This document shows positions 34,532 through 44,988 of a stretch of 64,000 nucleotides of DNA, one piece after another. Numbering within the stretch: the first letter of the stretch is position 1; every line of letters begins with the position of its first letter. The DNA is from Symbiobacterium thermophilum (lineage in GTDB: Bacteria > Bacillota > Sulfobacillia > DYFQ01), in the NCBI GenBank assembly GCA_020725105.1, contig DYFQ01000003.1, positions 12,136-76,135 on the forward strand. The letters run 5' to 3'. A model generated the notes under the pieces. That model was given only the letters and a program-made list of their open reading frames with translations. It was not told the origin of the DNA and did no database searches. A program made the position numbers and the translations under genes.

Positions 34532-34851
34532 CGTCGTTCACCCTGCCTCCTCCTGCCCCGGCCGCCGCCGCCCGGCGCCGGGGCCTGCCCTTCCGCTCCG
34601 TCCGCTCCGGGCGGGGCCGGCCGGCGGGCCGGGTGATCAGGCCCGCCGGCATCCCCCGCCGGCTCCCAACCTCCTCTGGTGGGCCCTCCCTGGCCCGGCA
34701 GGCTGGGATCGCCGCGTGGTCCCGGAAAACCCGGGGCCAACCCCTGTCCCCTCAGACCGGGGACCGGGGGTGAGGCTTCAGGCCCCACCCCCTCCCCCGG
34801 TGGCGGGGGCTGTATCATCTGTTCTCAGTCGCCGTCACAACGGCGCCAGGC

Positions 34852-36072
34852 TTACCGCTTCAGGTTCACCAGTTCCTGGAGCATCTCGTCGGAAGTGGTG
34901 ATGATCCGCGAGTTGGCCTGGAAGCCGCGCTGGGTGGTGATCATGTCGGTGAACTGCTGCGACAGGTCGACGTTGGCCATCTCCAGGGTACCGGGGGCGA
35001 TCATGCCCCGGCCAGCCGTGGACGGCTCGCCGATCTGCCTGAGCCCCGAGTTATTGGACTCCTCGTACAGGCTCTCGCCCTTCTTCAAGAGACCCCCGGG
35101 GTTCGGGAAGTTGGCCAGGCCCACCTGGGCCAGGCGCTGGGTCAGGCCGTTGGAGTAGACCCCGGTGATGGTCCCCGTGGCGTCGATGGTGAAGGTCTGC
35201 AGCGCCCCGGCGGGGTATCCGTCCCGGCTGGTGGCCGACGCCGTCGCCTCCGAGGCGTACTGGGTCAGCCCGGAGAAGTCCGGGGTGATGCTCATGGCCG
35301 AGGCGCCGGTGGGCGTGCCGGTGATGGGACCGCCCGTCTGCGTCTGGAAGGCGCCGTCGGTGTCAAAGACGACCGTCCCCGTGTTCCCGCTCAGGGTGAT
35401 GGTGGAAGAACTTGCTTGCCAGCTCCAGTTGTTGGCTGATGTCTTGCTGAAGGTCATGGTGATGGTGTGGGCCTCGCCCTTGGAATCGAAGACCTCCACC
35501 GCGGTGACGAAGTCGGTGGCGTCGGCCACCCGGGAGTCCAGGTTGTTGGCGTAGCCGATCTTCGTCGTGGCCCGGGCGGGGATGGTCTGGCCCACCTTGA
35601 TCTGCACGTCGGTCAGGTTGTTCTGGTCCTTCACGGGGAACACGCCGCCCGATGCCATCCAGCCCTGAACCTTCATGCCGTTGGACGGGTTGATCAGGTA
35701 GCCCTCGGCGTCCACGTCGAAGGTGCCGGCCCGGGTGTACGCGAAGGTGCCGGCCTCCTTCAGGATGAAGAACCCGTTACCCTGCACCGCCAGGTCGGTC
35801 ATCTTGCCCGTGGTCTGCAGGTTCCCCTGAATCTGCAGGCTGTCGATGGAGGACACGGCCATGCCCAGCCCCACCTGGATGGGGTTGGTCCCGCCCCGGT
35901 CCTCCAGGGCCGCCGACGCGCCCCGCAGGGTCTGGCTGAACATTTCCTGGAAGTTCACCCGGCTCACCTTGAAGCCGACGGTGTTGACGTTGGCGATGTT
36001 GTTGCCGATGACGTCCATCCGGACCTGGTGATTCCGGAGTCCGGACACCCCGGCGAACATGCTCCGCATCAT
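34852..36072 (-). CDS. flgE: Hook protein FlgE
   Basis: MMRSMFAGVSGL, GNNIANVNT.GFK, QRGFQANSR. Confidence 0.95.
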   Translation of the reverse strand: MMRSMFAGVSGLRNHQVRMDVIGNNIANVNTVGFKVSRVNFQEMFSQTLRGASAALEDRGGTNPIQVGLGMAVSSIDSLQIQGNLQTTGKMTDLAVQGNGFFILKEAGTFAYTRAGTFDVDAEGYLINPSNGMKVQGWMASGGVFPVKDQNNLTDVQIKVGQTIPARATTKIGYANNLDSRVADATDFVTAVEVFDSKGEAHTITMTFSKTSANNWSWQASSSTITLSGNTGTVVFDTDGAFQTQTGGPITGTPTGASAMSITPDFSGLTQYASEATASATSRDGYPAGALQTFTIDATGTITGVYSNGLTQRLAQVGLANFPNPGGLLKKGESLYEESNNSGLRQIGEPSTAGRGMIAPGTLEMANVDLSQQFTDMITTQRGFQANSRIITTSDEMLQELVNLKR

Positions 36073-36151
36073 GGCGTACCTCTGACCTCCTGTCTTGAGG
36101 CTCCCGGGCCCCCTCCCTGGAGGTCCAGCCCGGTGTTCTCGCCGCCGGCCG

Positions 36152-36520
36152 TTACACCAGCACGGCGCTGTCGATGTTGGTGAACACGCCTTCCCTGAGC
36201 CGCGGACCGTCCACCGCGGTGACCACGGTCCGGTTCTTCACGCTCACGATGAACGCCAGGTCGCCCAGGAGGATCAGCGAGTCCCGCGCCCCCTTGGCCG
36301 CGGCCCGTTCCACCCCGGCGGCCAGCCGGCGGGCTTCGTCCGGTCCCAGCTGGATGCCGCGGGCCCTGAGCCGCTCGGCCGCGTGCTGGGAGAAGCGGAC
36401 CTCCTCCAGGGTTCTGGCCAGGACGTCGCCGAAGCGCGGTCCCCCGGCGGCCGGCCGTTTCGGCTGGACCGGCGGTTGCGGCCCCGGCAGGGGCCGGACG
36501 TGACTAACCTGCACCGTCAC
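36152..36520 (-). CDS. Flagellar operon protein (TIGR02530-like)
   Basis: FSQHAAERL..RGI, AAKGARDSL, NRTVVTA, FTNIDSAV. Confidence 0.9.
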   Translation of the reverse strand: MTVQVSHVRPLPGPQPPVQPKRPAAGGPRFGDVLARTLEEVRFSQHAAERLRARGIQLGPDEARRLAAGVERAAAKGARDSLILLGDLAFIVSVKNRTVVTAVDGPRLREGVFTNIDSAVLV

Positions 36521-36525
36521 CCCTC

Positions 36526-36906
36526 CTATCCGGCTACCTGCCGGATGGCCTCCAGGCGGACTTCCACGTCCCCCAGGTTCAGCAGGGGAACGCCGCCGTC
36601 CAGCCTGACCGAGAGGACCCGGCCGGCGAAGGCCCCCAGGCCGGGGCTCTCACCCCGCACCTCCAGGCCGATGAGGCTGACCGCCTGGCCCAGCATGATC
36701 GCCTGGTTCAGGTTGGCCATCTGCTCCAGCGCGCTGAACTGGGCCAGTTGCGCGATGAAGCCCAGGTTGTCCATGGGGGCCAGCGGGCTCTGGTGTCGCA
36801 GTTGCGCCACCAGGAGCCTCAGGAAGTCCTCCTTGCCCAGACCCTGGGGGCGCGCCGCCTGTCCGGCCGAGGCCGCCGACGCGGCCACCCCTCCAACTGT
36901 CGTCAC
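36526..36906 (-). CDS. flgD: Hook cap protein FlgD
   Basis: LGKEDFLRLLVAQL, QLAQFSALEQM.NLN. Confidence 0.93.
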   Translation of the reverse strand: MTTVGGVAASAASAGQAARPQGLGKEDFLRLLVAQLRHQSPLAPMDNLGFIAQLAQFSALEQMANLNQAIMLGQAVSLIGLEVRGESPGLGAFAGRVLSVRLDGGVPLLNLGDVEVRLEAIRQVAG

Positions 36907-36937
36907 CAGCCATCCCTCCTCCACGTCGCGTCGCCGC

Positions 36938-38515
36938 TCAGGCCACCAGGTCGAGCCGGCGCTGGTCCAGCCGGGTGATGGGACCGGTCAGGTCCGCCGC
37001 CGCAAGGGCGCCGGCGTTGCTGGCCCGGACCACGGGACCGCCGGCCGCCGGGGCCGGGCCCGTTTGCCCCCAGGCCTGGCCCTGCCCGGCCAGGGCGGCA
37101 TGGTCGCCCACGGTCACCCCCAGGTCGCCGGGGGAGAGTCCCCCCGCCGCCAGCGCCTCGCGCAGCTCGCCCAGGTGGTGCCCGAGCAACTGACCCACCT
37201 CCCGGTGAGGCGTCACGAAGCGGGCCGACACCAGGCCGTCCTCCAGGCTCACCTCCAGGCTGAGGGCCCCGAGACCTCGGGGCGCCAGCTGGATCACGGC
37301 CGAGGCTCGCTCGCCTTCCCCCAGCAGCCTGGCCCGGCTCACCAGTTCCCGCACCGCCAGGTCCAGCCACCGCGGGGCACCCGCTTCCGTGGCCGTCCGG
37401 CCGACTTGAGCCGCCGGTTCCCGGGGCGCGGCCGGCCGGGGATCCTCGATCCCTGGCGGGACCCGCAGCCGGTCATGGTCGTCACTCACGGGCGGCCCGG
37501 CGCCTGAGCCCCTGCTGTCGGCCACCTGGACCCGCCCGGTGCCGCCGGCCTCACGGGAAGCCTCGGCCCGGACCTCCCGCCGGGCGGGCGCTCCGAACTC
37601 GTCCCCCGGCGGCTTCACCGGGCCGGGGTGCGCCCGGTCCGGTTCCGGCGCGCCGGTCGGCACCTCACCGCCTCGCGCGGGCTCCCCGGCCGGTCGCTGG
37701 GCGCCGGGCCGGGCAGGTGCCCGCGGTTCGGACCGCACCTCGGGGGCCGCGCCCCCGCCGGGGGCCGGAACGGCGTCAACCGCCCGGGGATCGGCTGCCC
37801 TACCCGGCGTGCCACCGTTCGGGAAGCCGCCGGCGGAAGCCGGGCGGCCCGCCGGTTCCCGGCCAGCGCCGGGTGCAACCGCGGCGGGCGCCTCCGGTGC
37901 GGGCCCCGCCGGTTCCCGGCCGGCTCCGGCCTCCACCGAGGCGGGCGCCACCGGCGCCCGGCCCGCCGCCTCCTCCGGCGGTGCATGTGCCGCGACTCCG
38001 CCCGGAGGGTGGCCCGAGCCGGATACATCCGGTCTCTCGAGCCCTGGCGCCGGCGACGCCGGCGCCACTGCCGGACCGGCCTCGACCGTTGCCACCGGCT
38101 TTCCGAGGAGCCCGTGCGGGCCCGCGGCGGCCGTCGAAACCGCTCCCGCCGGGGGCGGGGCCGCCGACGCCGGGTCCCCGGCACCCACTTCCGGGACCGG
38201 CCCCGCCTCGCCGCCGGCCGCCACCGGCAGGTTCACGGCCGGCCCGTCAAGCCCCGGTACCGGGCTCGCCGGGAACCAGCAGGCGCTGGCCCAGCCGAGG
38301 CTGACGGGGTCCGGCCCGGCTGCCGGCTCGTTCCGGCCGGGCGGCCCGTCGCCGCGACCTCCCCCGGATACCGGACCGCCGGCCCGGATCACCCCGCCGA
38401 GGAGGGGCAGGAAACCGGCCTCCCCGGACCTCGCCTCACCTCGCTCGCCGGAGTCGACCTCGCCGGCCGGCGCCGGCGCAAAGGGCACCGCCTGCGCCAG
38501 CATGCTCACGTCCAT
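36938..38515 (-). CDS. fliK: Hook-length control protein FliK
   Basis: Long Pro/Ala/Gly region plus a C-terminal IQLAPRGLG.L domain; precedes flgD. Confidence 0.85.
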   Translation of the reverse strand: MDVSMLAQAVPFAPAPAGEVDSGERGEARSGEAGFLPLLGGVIRAGGPVSGGGRGDGPPGRNEPAAGPDPVSLGWASACWFPASPVPGLDGPAVNLPVAAGGEAGPVPEVGAGDPASAAPPPAGAVSTAAAGPHGLLGKPVATVEAGPAVAPASPAPGLERPDVSGSGHPPGGVAAHAPPEEAAGRAPVAPASVEAGAGREPAGPAPEAPAAVAPGAGREPAGRPASAGGFPNGGTPGRAADPRAVDAVPAPGGGAAPEVRSEPRAPARPGAQRPAGEPARGGEVPTGAPEPDRAHPGPVKPPGDEFGAPARREVRAEASREAGGTGRVQVADSRGSGAGPPVSDDHDRLRVPPGIEDPRPAAPREPAAQVGRTATEAGAPRWLDLAVRELVSRARLLGEGERASAVIQLAPRGLGALSLEVSLEDGLVSARFVTPHREVGQLLGHHLGELREALAAGGLSPGDLGVTVGDHAALAGQGQAWGQTGPAPAAGGPVVRASNAGALAAADLTGPITRLDQRRLDLVA

Positions 38516-38574
38516 CGCTTCACCTCCCTCCGGAGCATCTGCTCCAGTCCGGGGCGCTCCCCGCGCCCCGAACG

Positions 38575-39285
38575 CTATCGACCGATCAGGGCCAGGAGCC
38601 GCGCCGCCTTGTCCGGTGCCAGGGTGGCCAGGATCCGGGCCGCCTGCTCGTCGTCGACGTAACGCAGCAGCGCCGCCGCCCTCGCCTCGTCCTGGACCGC
38701 CACGATGGCCGCGGCCGCGTCGGGTTTCATGGCCGCCAGCAGCGCCGCCTGGCGCACCAGGTCGGTCCGTTGCCGCCGAAGCTCGTCCAGGAGCGACTCG
38801 ACCTCCGCCTCTTTGCGGGCCAGGCTCTGCTCCCTGGCCTCCAGCTCGCTGCGGAGCCTGGCCAGGGCGGCCTCTTCGCTGGCCAGCCGCTCCTGGGTCT
38901 GGGCCAGCGTCACCCGCTCCTGGGCCAGGGCCGCCCGCTCGGCCTCGAGCGGGTCCACCACCTCGCCGGCGGGGGCCGGCGAGAGCAGCCTGCCCACCAG
39001 CGGCAGCTCCGCCAGGCGCTCCCGCAGCGCCGCGCGGTTGACGAGCCGCTCCGCTCCGCCCGCCTTGAAGAAGGCGATGGCGGCCACCGTTGATCCCCCC
39101 AGCACCAGGAGGCCCAGGAGCACCGCCAGGACCGTGCCCAGCCCGGGCCCGGAACGGGCAGGGGCCCGCTGTTCCTCGTCCGCCTCGCCCTGGTCCGGAC
39201 CAGGCCTCCGGCCGGCTCCGGACGGCTCGGGCCTGGGCCGGGCGCCGGCCGGGGCGTCGGCCTCGGCGACTGCCGCCTTTGCCAT
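38575..39285 (-). CDS. YlxF/MotE-like flagellar protein
   Basis: TM, coiled coil, MKPDAAAAI...AARILATL; between fliJ and fliK. Confidence 0.8.
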   Translation of the reverse strand: MAKAAVAEADAPAGARPRPEPSGAGRRPGPDQGEADEEQRAPARSGPGLGTVLAVLLGLLVLGGSTVAAIAFFKAGGAERLVNRAALRERLAELPLVGRLLSPAPAGEVVDPLEAERAALAQERVTLAQTQERLASEEAALARLRSELEAREQSLARKEAEVESLLDELRRQRTDLVRQAALLAAMKPDAAAAIVAVQDEARAAALLRYVDDEQAARILATLAPDKAARLLALIGR

Positions 39286-39288
39286 GGC

Positions 39289-39744
39289 CTACAGCCCCGC
39301 CACTCCGTCACCGGGCCGGCCGCCCAGCGCCAGTTCGTCCAGGATCTTTTGCTCTTCCCTGGCAGCGGCCGCCCGGTGTTCCGCCAGCCGGCGTTCCCTG
39401 AGCCCCTCCAGGGTCTTCCGCTCCTTGCGGGCCTGCCACAGGGCACCTCTGGCGGCTTCCACTTCCCCGCGGGCCAGTTCGGTCTGGCGCGCCTGGGCGT
39501 GAACGTGGCGCTGGGCCCGCTCCAGGAACACGCGTTCCAGGGTCATCTGGTCGGCGCTCAGGCCCGCCGCCTCCCGGCGGGTAAGTTCCTCGACGCACCG
39601 GTCGTAAAGGTCCTGCGCCTCGACCAGCCGCTCCAGTTCCGCCTCGTAGGCGCGGTTGGCGGCCGCCAGCCGCTCCAGGGCGGCCCGCTCCCGGTGGCCG
39701 GCGAGGTCCAGGATCCGCTGCAGCCGGAACTGAAACCGCATCAT
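39289..39744 (-). CDS. fliJ: FliJ
   Basis: FQFRLQRILD...EQKILDE. Confidence 0.9.
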   Translation of the reverse strand: MMRFQFRLQRILDLAGHRERAALERLAAANRAYEAELERLVEAQDLYDRCVEELTRREAAGLSADQMTLERVFLERAQRHVHAQARQTELARGEVEAARGALWQARKERKTLEGLRERRLAEHRAAAAREEQKILDELALGGRPGDGVAGL

Positions 39745-41138
39745 GCCCCGCCCTCCTCAGATCCGAACAGTTGCAGGAGCCCGCGGACGGCGTCCCCGAG
39801 GCCCACCCGTTCCCGCTCGGCCTGGCGCAAGAACGCCCTGATGGGACCGATCCGGTCCCGGGCATAATCGATCTCGGGGTTGGATCCGGGCCGGTATGCC
39901 CCCACGTTGATCAGGTCCTCGGCATCCTGAAAGACGGCCAGCACCCGCTTGAGCCGCATGGCCGCGTCCCGGTGGCGCTCGTCTGCCACCTCGGGCATGA
40001 CCCGGCTGACGCTTTCCAGCAGGTCGATGGCCGGGTAGTGGCCCTGGGCCGCGAGCCGCCGCGACAGCACCACGTGGCCGTCCAGCAGGCTGCGCATGGT
40101 GTCCGCCACCGGCTCCGACATGTCGTCGCCGTCGACCAGCACCGTGTAGAAAGCGGTGATGGTGCCCCGGGGCGAGGTGCCCACCCGCTCCAGCAGCCGG
40201 GGCAGCAGCGCGAAGACCGACGGGGTGTAGCCCCGGGCGGTGGGCGGCTCACCGACGGCGAGCCCCAGTTCCCGCTGGGCCATGCAGAACCGGGTGATCG
40301 AATCCATGACCAGCATCACGTCGGCGCCCCGGTCGCGGAAGTACTCGGCGATGGCGGTGGCGGTGAATGCCGCCTTGACCCGGACCAGCGCCGGCTGGTC
40401 GGAGGTGGATACCACGACCACCGAACGGGCCAGCCCCTCGGTGCCCAGGTGCTGCTCCAGGAACTCCCGGACCTCGCGGCCCCGCTCCCCGACCAGGGCG
40501 ACCACGGAGACGTCGGCGGCGGTGTTGCGCGCGATCATGCCCAGCAGCGTGCTCTTGCCCACGCCCGACCCCGAAAAGATGCCCAACCGCTGCCCCTTAC
40601 CGCAGGTCAGGCAGGCGTCGATGGCCCGTACCCCCACCGAAATGGCCTCGGTGATCCGCGGGCGCTCCAGTGGCGGCGGTGGGCTCTGGGAGGTGACCGG
40701 ACAGGTAGCCTCCGCCTGGACCGGGCCGCCGTGATCGATGGGCCGGCCAAGCCCGTCCAGGATCCGACCGAGCAGTTGCGTCCCCACCGGGATTCTCAGC
40801 GGGTGGCCGGCGGCGATGACCTCGTCACCCGGGGCGGTGCCGGCCATCTCCCCCAGCGGCATCAGCAGCACCTGGCCCTCGCGGAACCCCACCGCCTCGG
40901 CCAGGACCCGGGCCGGCTTCAACGTTGCGCCACCACCGCGGGCCACCTGGCCGGAGGTGCCGTCGGGCCTGACCGGGCCCGGAACGATGTAGCAGAGGTC
41001 GCCCACCTTCACGCGAGGCCCCCGGGACTGCACCAGCAGGCCGACCACCTGGTTTACCCGGCCCCGGTAGGCGAAGGTGTCGACCTGGCCGGCGGCCCGC
41101 ACGAGCCGGTCCACGGTAGCGGTGACATCCTCAGCCAT
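39741..41138 (-). CDS. fliI: Export ATPase FliI
   Basis: GSGVGKS, GERGREV, DSITRF, LLDGHVVL. Confidence 0.97.
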   Translation of the reverse strand: MAEDVTATVDRLVRAAGQVDTFAYRGRVNQVVGLLVQSRGPRVKVGDLCYIVPGPVRPDGTSGQVARGGGATLKPARVLAEAVGFREGQVLLMPLGEMAGTAPGDEVIAAGHPLRIPVGTQLLGRILDGLGRPIDHGGPVQAEATCPVTSQSPPPPLERPRITEAISVGVRAIDACLTCGKGQRLGIFSGSGVGKSTLLGMIARNTAADVSVVALVGERGREVREFLEQHLGTEGLARSVVVVSTSDQPALVRVKAAFTATAIAEYFRDRGADVMLVMDSITRFCMAQRELGLAVGEPPTARGYTPSVFALLPRLLERVGTSPRGTITAFYTVLVDGDDMSEPVADTMRSLLDGHVVLSRRLAAQGHYPAIDLLESVSRVMPEVADERHRDAAMRLKRVLAVFQDAEDLINVGAYRPGSNPEIDYARDRIGPIRAFLRQAERERVGLGDAVRGLLQLFGSEEGGA

Positions 41139-41925
41139 CGCGGACCACCTCCTCGATGAGGGCGCGCTCCAGGTTGGCCATGCGCTCCGAGAGGCTGGCG
41201 TCCAGTACGCCGTGCTGGCTCTCCACCACGCAGCCGCCGGGTTCCACCGCGGGGTCTCTGATGATCTCCACCTTCGCCTGGGCCCTGGCCCCGGCGAGCC
41301 ACCGGCCCCGCTCGGCCTCGGCCAGCCCGGCGTCCCGAGGATTCACGCGGACCACCAGTTCCTCTTCCTCCGTGAGCCGCGCGATGGCTGCCCGCAGGCT
41401 GTGAAGCACCGTCTCGGGTCTGGCTTCCACGGTCTCGCCGATGATGGAGCGGGCCACGGCGACGGCCAGCCTGACCACGTCGGCTTCCAGCCCGGCCAGC
41501 CGCCGCGCCTTCTCCCGGCGGGCCTCCGCCAGGACCGCCGAGGCCTCCTCCAGCATCCGCCTGGCCTCCAGGCGGGCCGCCTCCAGCCCCTCCCGCTTGC
41601 CTGCCTCGAACCCTTGCTGCCGCGCCTGGCGGGCCAGATTCTCCGCCTCCTGCCGGGCGTGCTGGAGCATGTTGTCGGCTTCACGGCGGGCCGCCTCCGG
41701 ATCCGCGCCGGGGGAGGGCCGCGCCTGCGCGCCCTCGGGCTGGGCGGCGCGCCGGGGATGCTCCTCCCTTGCGGGCCGGCGCCGGGACGGGCCACGGCCC
41801 GGCCTTGGACCCGACCCTTCAGGGAACTCGGGCACAAAGGGCTTTGGGTCCGCCGACCGTCGGCCCACGTCCACGGCGGGGTGGGTTGCCTTCTTGACGG
41901 CCCGGGACTTGATGATCCTAGACAA
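41131..41925 (-). CDS. fliH: FliH
   Basis: TTG start MSRIIK overlapping the fliG end; GxxxG repeats; GGCVVES..G.LDA. Confidence 0.88.
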   Translation of the reverse strand: MSRIIKSRAVKKATHPAVDVGRRSADPKPFVPEFPEGSGPRPGRGPSRRRPAREEHPRRAAQPEGAQARPSPGADPEAARREADNMLQHARQEAENLARQARQQGFEAGKREGLEAARLEARRMLEEASAVLAEARREKARRLAGLEADVVRLAVAVARSIIGETVEARPETVLHSLRAAIARLTEEEELVVRVNPRDAGLAEAERGRWLAGARAQAKVEIIRDPAVEPGGCVVESQHGVLDASLSERMANLERALIEEVVRDG

Positions 41926-42934
41926 CGAGTTCGTCGCCTCCACCCCGCGCGATGACGATTTCGCCCTCTTCCTCGAGCTTGCGGATGGCGTTGACGATCT
42001 TCTGCTGCGCCTCTTCCACCGACCGCAGCCTGACCGGGCCCAGGTACTCGATGTTTTCCAGGAGGTTCTCCTGGGCGCGCTTGGACGTGTTCTTGAGGAT
42101 CTTTTGCTTGACTTCGTCCGAGGCCACCTTGAGGGCCAGCGGCAGGTCCCGCGACATGTCGATCTCTCTGAGCATGCGCTGGACGGAACGATCGTCCAGC
42201 AGCACGATGTCCTCGAAGACGAACATCCGCTTCTTGATCTCCTCGGCCAGATCGGGATCCTGCACCTCGAGGATCTCGATGATGGCCTTCTCGGTGCCCC
42301 GGTCAACGTGGTTGAGCACGCCCACCACGGCGTCGATGCCGCCGGCCGCGGCGTACTCCTGGCTCATCACCGACGAAAGCTTGCGCTCGAGCACGCGCTC
42401 GACCTCACGGATGACGTCGGGCGAGGTGCGGTCCATGGTGGCGATCCGCCGGGCCACGTCGGCCTGGCGCTCGGGCGGTAGCGCCGAGAGGATCACCGCC
42501 GCCTGGTCCGGGTGAAGGTAGGCCATGATGAGCGCGATGGTCTGCGGGTGTTCGTTCTGGATGAAGTTCAGCAACTGGCCCGGATCGGTGCGGCGCAGGG
42601 CGTCGAAGGGCCGCACCTGGAGGGTCGAGGTGAGCTTGTGCATGATGTCCAGCGCCCGCTGGGAACCCAGGGCCTTCTCCAGCACCTGCTTGGCGTAATC
42701 GATGCCGCCCTGGGCGATGAACTCCTTGGCCAGGGCCATCTGGTGGAACTCCTCGATGACCTTGTCCCGGGTCTCGCTGTTGATCTTGCGCAGGCTGGCG
42801 ATCTCCAGGGTGAGCTGCTCCACGTCCTCTTCCCCCAGGTGCTGCAGCACCTGGGCCGAGGCTTCCGCGCCCAGGGAAACCAGGAGGATGGCGGCTTTTT
42901 GCTTGCCCGACAGTCCCTGCCGCGCCAGCGCCAT
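41918..42934 (-). CDS. fliG: Switch protein FliG
   Basis: GKQKAAILL, EHPQTIA, MFVFEDI, VEEAQQKIV. Confidence 0.98.
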   Translation of the reverse strand: MALARQGLSGKQKAAILLVSLGAEASAQVLQHLGEEDVEQLTLEIASLRKINSETRDKVIEEFHQMALAKEFIAQGGIDYAKQVLEKALGSQRALDIMHKLTSTLQVRPFDALRRTDPGQLLNFIQNEHPQTIALIMAYLHPDQAAVILSALPPERQADVARRIATMDRTSPDVIREVERVLERKLSSVMSQEYAAAGGIDAVVGVLNHVDRGTEKAIIEILEVQDPDLAEEIKKRMFVFEDIVLLDDRSVQRMLREIDMSRDLPLALKVASDEVKQKILKNTSKRAQENLLENIEYLGPVRLRSVEEAQQKIVNAIRKLEEEGEIVIARGGGDELVV

Positions 42935-42937
42935 GGT

Positions 42938-44560
42938 CTAGTCCTCCGAAAGCCAGGTCCGCAGAAGTTGGGCCACCGACTCGGGTTGCTCCCTGGCCAG
43001 CCCCTGAATCCGCTCGCGCCGCTCCAGCCGCTCCTGCTCCTCAGGAGAAAGCTCGATCTGAGGGAGGCCGGCAAAGCCCATGGCGGACGACCCGGCGCCT
43101 ACCCGTCCGGTGCCGGCCGCGCCGACGGCCAGTTCAGCCCGGCGGAACGCCCCGTAACCCGGAGCGACGCCCCGCGCCGGCCCGGTGACAGGCTCCGCCG
43201 CCCGCCGCCGGCGGCCGCGGAACCACCAGATGGCCAGGAGTGCCGCGGCGGCGATGGCCCCCCGGGTCACGTTGGATCGCAGCCGCTGCTCGGCCGCGGC
43301 CTGGGCTTCCATGTCCGCCTTGACCGCTTCGGCCATGGTGGTGTCGAAGGTCATCCCGGTGACGATGATGGAATCACGCCGTTCGGGGTCCACGCCGATG
43401 GCCGCCGCCACCGTGGCCTCGATGGCCTGCTGCTCGGCGGGGGCAAGCTGGCGATTGACCACGACGGCCACCGACAGCCGGCTGACGCTGCCCGGCGCCA
43501 CCACCAGCCGCTCGCGGATCTCGTTGAGTTCGAAGTTCTTGACCACCTGGGAGCGCTCGGCAGCGCTTTCCCCCGCCTGGCCCGCCGGCGCCTGGTAGGT
43601 CGGAAGGTTGGACGAGGCGCCGGGAACGCCGCCGGCCGACTGGGACGTGCCGCGGAAGGTCTCCTGCAGTTCCTGCATGGACCGGAGAATGCCCTGGGTG
43701 TCGCGGACCGGCTCGAACAGGCTCTTGTCCACCACCCGCTCGTCGAAGTTGAGCTGGGCGGTGACCCGCGCCACCACGTTGCCCGGCCCCAGGACCTGCT
43801 CCAGGAGACCCTGGAGGCTCCGCTCCAGCTCTCGCTGGAACCGCTGCTGGACGTCGAGGCGGGAAAGGGCGGCCGCGCCCCCCGGCGACTCCAGGTCGGC
43901 CGAAAGGATCCGGCCGGTGGTGTCGACGACGGTGACGTCAGCGGGGCGTAACCCTTCGACGCTGGAGGCGACCAGGTGAACGATGCCCCGCACCTGGCCG
44001 GAGTCCAGGATGGCGCCCGGCCGCAGCTTCACGAAGACCGCCGCCGTCGCCGGGCTCGACTCGCTGACAAAGAGCCGTTCCTGGGGTAGGACGATGTGGA
44101 CCCGGGCCTCCTCCACCGCCGCGATCTTGCGGATGGTCCGGGTCAGCTCGCCCTGGAGCGCCCGGACGTAGTTCACCCGGCGCTCGAACTCGGTGGCGCC
44201 GAGCTTGGTGCGGTCGATGATCTCAAACCCCACCACGCCGCCCCGGGGCAGCCCCTCGCCGGCCAGTTGCATCCGCAGCGCGTGCACCTGGTCGGCCGGC
44301 ACCATGATGGCGCTGCCACCGTCGCCGATCCGGTAGGCCACCCCCCGGTCGTCCAGCTTCTTCAGGATCTCGCCGGCGTCGGACTCGTCGAGCCGGGCGT
44401 AGAGGGTGACGTACTCGGGCTGGCCGGCGTACATGACCACCCACAGCACCAGCGCCAGCACCACGGCGGCACCGATCGCCGCCACGGCGCCCTTCTGGCG
44501 CCGGGTCAGGCTCCGCCACGTGTCCAGAAGTCCCTGACGCGGGTTGCCGGTCTCAGCCAT
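42938..44560 (-). CDS. fliF: MS-ring protein FliF
   Basis: GFEI, RALQGEL.RTI, ARVHIVLP, ASSVEGL. Confidence 0.96.
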   Translation of the reverse strand: MAETGNPRQGLLDTWRSLTRRQKGAVAAIGAAVVLALVLWVVMYAGQPEYVTLYARLDESDAGEILKKLDDRGVAYRIGDGGSAIMVPADQVHALRMQLAGEGLPRGGVVGFEIIDRTKLGATEFERRVNYVRALQGELTRTIRKIAAVEEARVHIVLPQERLFVSESSPATAAVFVKLRPGAILDSGQVRGIVHLVASSVEGLRPADVTVVDTTGRILSADLESPGGAAALSRLDVQQRFQRELERSLQGLLEQVLGPGNVVARVTAQLNFDERVVDKSLFEPVRDTQGILRSMQELQETFRGTSQSAGGVPGASSNLPTYQAPAGQAGESAAERSQVVKNFELNEIRERLVVAPGSVSRLSVAVVVNRQLAPAEQQAIEATVAAAIGVDPERRDSIIVTGMTFDTTMAEAVKADMEAQAAAEQRLRSNVTRGAIAAAALLAIWWFRGRRRRAAEPVTGPARGVAPGYGAFRRAELAVGAAGTGRVGAGSSAMGFAGLPQIELSPEEQERLERRERIQGLAREQPESVAQLLRTWLSED

Positions 44561-44577
44561 CGGCTAGCGAAACCCTC

Positions 44578-44907
44578 CTACACCTGGAGCCGCATGATCT
44601 CCTGATACGCTTCAAGCGCCTTGTTGCGAAGCTGAACCGTCAGGTTCAGCAGCAGGTTGGCCTGCTCGGTGGCGATCATCACCTGGTGCAACTCCACCGG
44701 CTCCCCCGCCGCCAGGGCCATCGACAGCTTGTCCGCGTCAAGCTGGGCCTGATTGACCCGGGCCACCGCGTCGGCCAGCCACTGGCCGAAGCCCGGCGTC
44801 CCGGCCAGCGCCTCGCCGGCCCGCCCCGGGCCCGCTGTCCCGTCGCCGACGCGCGGCATGGGTACGCCGAGGCCCGGTCCCTGACGCTGGATGGGATCCA
44901 CCGGCAT
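44578..44907 (-). CDS. fliE: FliE
   Basis: LHQVMIA...RNKALEAYQEIMR. Confidence 0.95.
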   Translation of the reverse strand: MPVDPIQRQGPGLGVPMPRVGDGTAGPGRAGEALAGTPGFGQWLADAVARVNQAQLDADKLSMALAAGEPVELHQVMIATEQANLLLNLTVQLRNKALEAYQEIMRLQV

Positions 44908-44988
44908 CCTGCCCCCTCCTCAGTCACTCGGTGCCGGTCGCGGGCCAAGCGGCCGGCCCCGCCGGCCCGGCGGCACGCGGCCATGCGT

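Noticed and set aside
36938-38515. Pro/Ala/Gly-rich low complexity in FliK and similar inserts in FliH, FliI and FlgC
   Set aside because: Normal for FliK rulers and for linkers in high-GC genomes; no true tandem repeat seen.
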